From Eledone cirrhosa (lineage: Eukaryota): DNA of 64,000 nucleotides. The stretch is taken from assembly GCA_964016885.1 (NCBI GenBank), contig OZ024751.1, forward strand, positions 42,842,001 through 42,906,000. The letters run 5' to 3'. Positions 59,654-64,000 of the stretch are shown here, piece by piece (positions within the stretch are counted from its first letter, which is position 1; each line of letters begins with the position of its first letter). Below the pieces are notes generated by a model. It searched no databases and had not been told where the DNA came from. It saw only the letters and a list, made by a program, of their open reading frames with translations. The position numbers and the translations under genes are program-made.

Positions 59654-60183
59654 GCACAGTCACACGAACGTATCCATACTGGATATTGATCTTGGCACCA
59701 AATTTCGATATATGTATTGTTTCCATAATTAATCGGCTTTATTTATTTTTTTTGTTAGGAATTCTGAATAAGACAGACATATTGTTCATTAATGTTTTCC
59801 TATCTAACTGTTTTTGTGTTGTACGAAGTAGTGTGATGTAATTATGGTTTGTTATAAATGAATGATGAGCTATCAAGAAAGTGTTTCCACATGTACGGTC
59901 AGTGAAACAATTAGTTTCATGAAATTTAAAACATTTTTGCTGTGAAACTTGTTGACCATAGCTTATTTTTAGGGTTGTATGCTTATGGTTTGTTGTGGAA
60001 AAGGACAGATTTAGATTTTGTAGAATGTTGTTACTGTTAATCTATGATTGGATGTGATGCATTTTGTGCTATGTTTTATGTGGTTTATAATTCATATGTT
60101 CTATAGTTCCTTTGTATCTGATTAATAGATGAGGTGGGAGAGATAGATAGATAAATAGAAAGATAGATAGATAGAAAGATAAG

Positions 60184-60243
<60 letters not shown>

Positions 60244-60244
<1 letters not shown>

Positions 60245-60387
60245 TTCTTTATTAGCCACGAGGGCGCAACAAGAAAAGGGGACAATACAAAGACATGCCG
60301 GGGATTTTACATACAATCGTGTAAAAAATATAAAAACAAACAATTTCAACAATCGAAATCCCCAATAGGGGGGAGGCGCCACGAATG

Positions 60388-60388
<1 letters not shown>
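60244..60388 (-). mobile_element. Retroelement-like 3' end embedded in (GATA)n
   Basis: Homolog of 49727 over the terminal ~60-80 nt. Confidence 0.65.
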
Positions 60389-60443
<55 letters not shown>

Positions 60444-60454
60444 TGGATATATAG

Positions 60455-61530
<1,076 letters not shown>

Positions 61531-61532
61531 AG

Positions 61533-61595
<63 letters not shown>

Positions 61596-61689
61596 TGTGT
61601 GTGTGTGTACATATATATACATACGTAGAGATGTATGTATATGTGTATATGTATATATATATGTATATACTTATATATATATATATAAA

Positions 61690-61747
<58 letters not shown>

Positions 61748-61910
61748 TACATATATATCTTTTTATCTTTATCTCATTCTCTATACATCTTCGTACATAC
61801 ATACATTCACACTACACACATAACATATATATATAATATACATTTAATTATACATCTTTACACACACACACATATATATATATATATGCATATATATATA
61901 TACATATATT

Positions 61911-61979
<69 letters not shown>

Positions 61980-61988
61980 TTATTTATA

Positions 61989-62060
<72 letters not shown>

Positions 62061-62596
62061 TACATTTATATACATCTAAATTTATTACTATAACATTCAT
62101 CTTATTTGTTCGTTATTTTATGGTGTGTAAATCATCTCATAACAAGGAACACTGATTTTACTTTCACTTCCCCTCTCTCATATAGATATCTGTTATCATA
62201 ATTATTAATGTAGAACTTATTGTAATGATAATCCGCCATATTAGATTTCGCATATTACTTAAACAGAGATTAAATCATCTATCTACTCATAAAAAGCATT
62301 CTGGAATGGACTTCTGTCTGTTTCTGACGAAAAGAGTGGAATTATTGATGTTCGAGTACTTCAACTGCCTGCTCATGAAATTTACGTCTAAGTGGCTGAG
62401 TATTCCGCAGATACGTTCACACCCTTTAACGTAATTAGAGAAATTCGGCGTGACAAAATGCATGGCAAGGCTGGCCCTTTGAATTACAGGTACTCTCAGT
62501 TATGTATTACTCATATATAGTTTTATTTACGTAATATGACAACTGGAGTTTGATAATAACTACTATCTTTCCCATTCGGTGGCTGTTGCGGTTTAT

Positions 62597-63197
62597 GTTC
62601 GGTTTACCGTGTTTGGAAAGGTGGGATGTCCACGTTCGCTTTACCGAGTTTGGAGAGGTGAAAGGCCGACGTTCGGTTTACCGAGTTTGGAGAGGTGGAA
62701 GATCTACGTTCGGTTTACCGAGTTTGGGAAGGCGGGAGATCCACGTTATGACTACCGAGTTTGGGAAAGTGGGAGCTCCACGTTCGGTTTACCGAGTTTG
62801 GGAAGGCGGGAGATCCACGTTCTGACTACCGAGTTTGGGAAGGCGGGAGATCCACGTTCTGACTACCGAGTTTGGGAAAGTGGGAGCTCCACGTTCGGTT
62901 TACCGAGTTTGGGAAGGCGGGAGATCCACGTTCTGACTACCGAGTTTGGGAAGGCGAGAGATCCACGTTCTGACTACCGAGTTTGGGAAGGCGAGAGATC
63001 CACGTTCTGACTACCGAGTTTGGGAAAGTGGGAGCTCCACGTTCGGTTTACCGAGTTTGGGAAGGCGGGAGATCCACGTTCTGACTACCGAGTTTGGGAA
63101 GGCGGGAGATCCACGTTCTGACTACCGAGTTTGGGAAGGCGAGAGATCCACGTTCTGACTACCGAGTTTGGGAAAGTGGGAGCTCCACGTTCGGTTT
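62597..63197. repeat. 37-bp GC-rich minisatellite, ~16 units, two interspersed variants
   Basis: ACCGAGTTTGGGAAGGCGGGAGATCCACGTTCTGACT and ACCGAGTTTGGGAAAGTGGGAGCTCCACGTTCGGTTT. Confidence 0.95.
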
Positions 63198-63583
63198 GTC
63201 GAATTTGAAGGTTAGGTTGCGGGGTGATTTAGTAGAAGTCATAAGTGCACATTGGAGTTCGGTTTAGGACATTTTCTCGATGTTTTGTGGACAAATTGGA
63301 GCAAAAGCGGGATTATTTACGCGTATATAATATGGTAAGTTAGTTGACACGACGAGAGTGAATTCAAAATATGACTACATTTCTGCAATTGAAACTAGAG
63401 TCAACAAAGGCTTGGTGGTTGTTTCCGGTTACATTTGTTGTTTTATAGGCATTCTACGTCCGGTAAATTGAGACGTATAAATATTATAACAACCTCTAAT
63501 CTGTGATTGGGAAATTGCATTATGAAGCTTTTAAAGTAAATTGTTCTGTCTAAATGTCAATAGCAACAGACGCAACAATATTG

Positions 63584-63663
<80 letters not shown>

Positions 63664-63717
63664 CTCTCTATATATATATAAATATATATATATAAATATA
63701 TATTTATATATATATAT

Positions 63718-63738
63718 TTATCCTGTAGAATGTAGAAG

Positions 63739-63810
<72 letters not shown>

Positions 63811-63857
63811 TTATTTATATAAATATATATAAATAAATATATATATATATAAATATC

Positions 63858-63944
<87 letters not shown>

Positions 63945-63965
63945 CTTCTACATTCTACAGGATAA
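63718..63965. repeat. Palindrome with 25-bp unique arms around an AT tract
   Basis: TTATCCTGTAGAATGTAGAAGCAAT / ATTGCTTCTACATTCTACAGGATAA. Confidence 0.9.
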
Positions 63966-64000
63966 TGAAAGATATATATATATTTATACACACACAAATA

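Overview
AT-rich, microsatellite-saturated eukaryotic non-coding DNA. The SINE content and the (TA)n/(CA)n/(GA)n/(CAT)n density suggest an octopod cephalopod (inference). No credible host protein-coding gene is visible; almost all listed ORFs are translations of simple repeats. The window holds two kb-scale minisatellite arrays (22 bp and 53 bp), several smaller tandem arrays, about a dozen copies or fragments of a tRNA-derived SINE, and decayed RTE-type LINE 3' ends, one carrying a twin-priming inversion. The main signal not shown by the ORF track is about 14 type I hammerhead ribozyme (HHR) motifs, plus degenerate and half copies, from several unrelated families. Most have a palindromic stem/loop III and lie roughly 90-270 nt upstream of a (TA)n or (CA)n tract. 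Many sit in asymmetric palindromes (long arm + short arm, usually microsatellite-bounded) whose symmetry axis falls in or just 5' of the ribozyme. This fits 5'-truncated, microsatellite-targeted Penelope-like (PLE) pLTR or retrozyme insertions with a stereotyped hairpin geometry. All alignments and folds were done by eye, so repeat boundaries are approximate.
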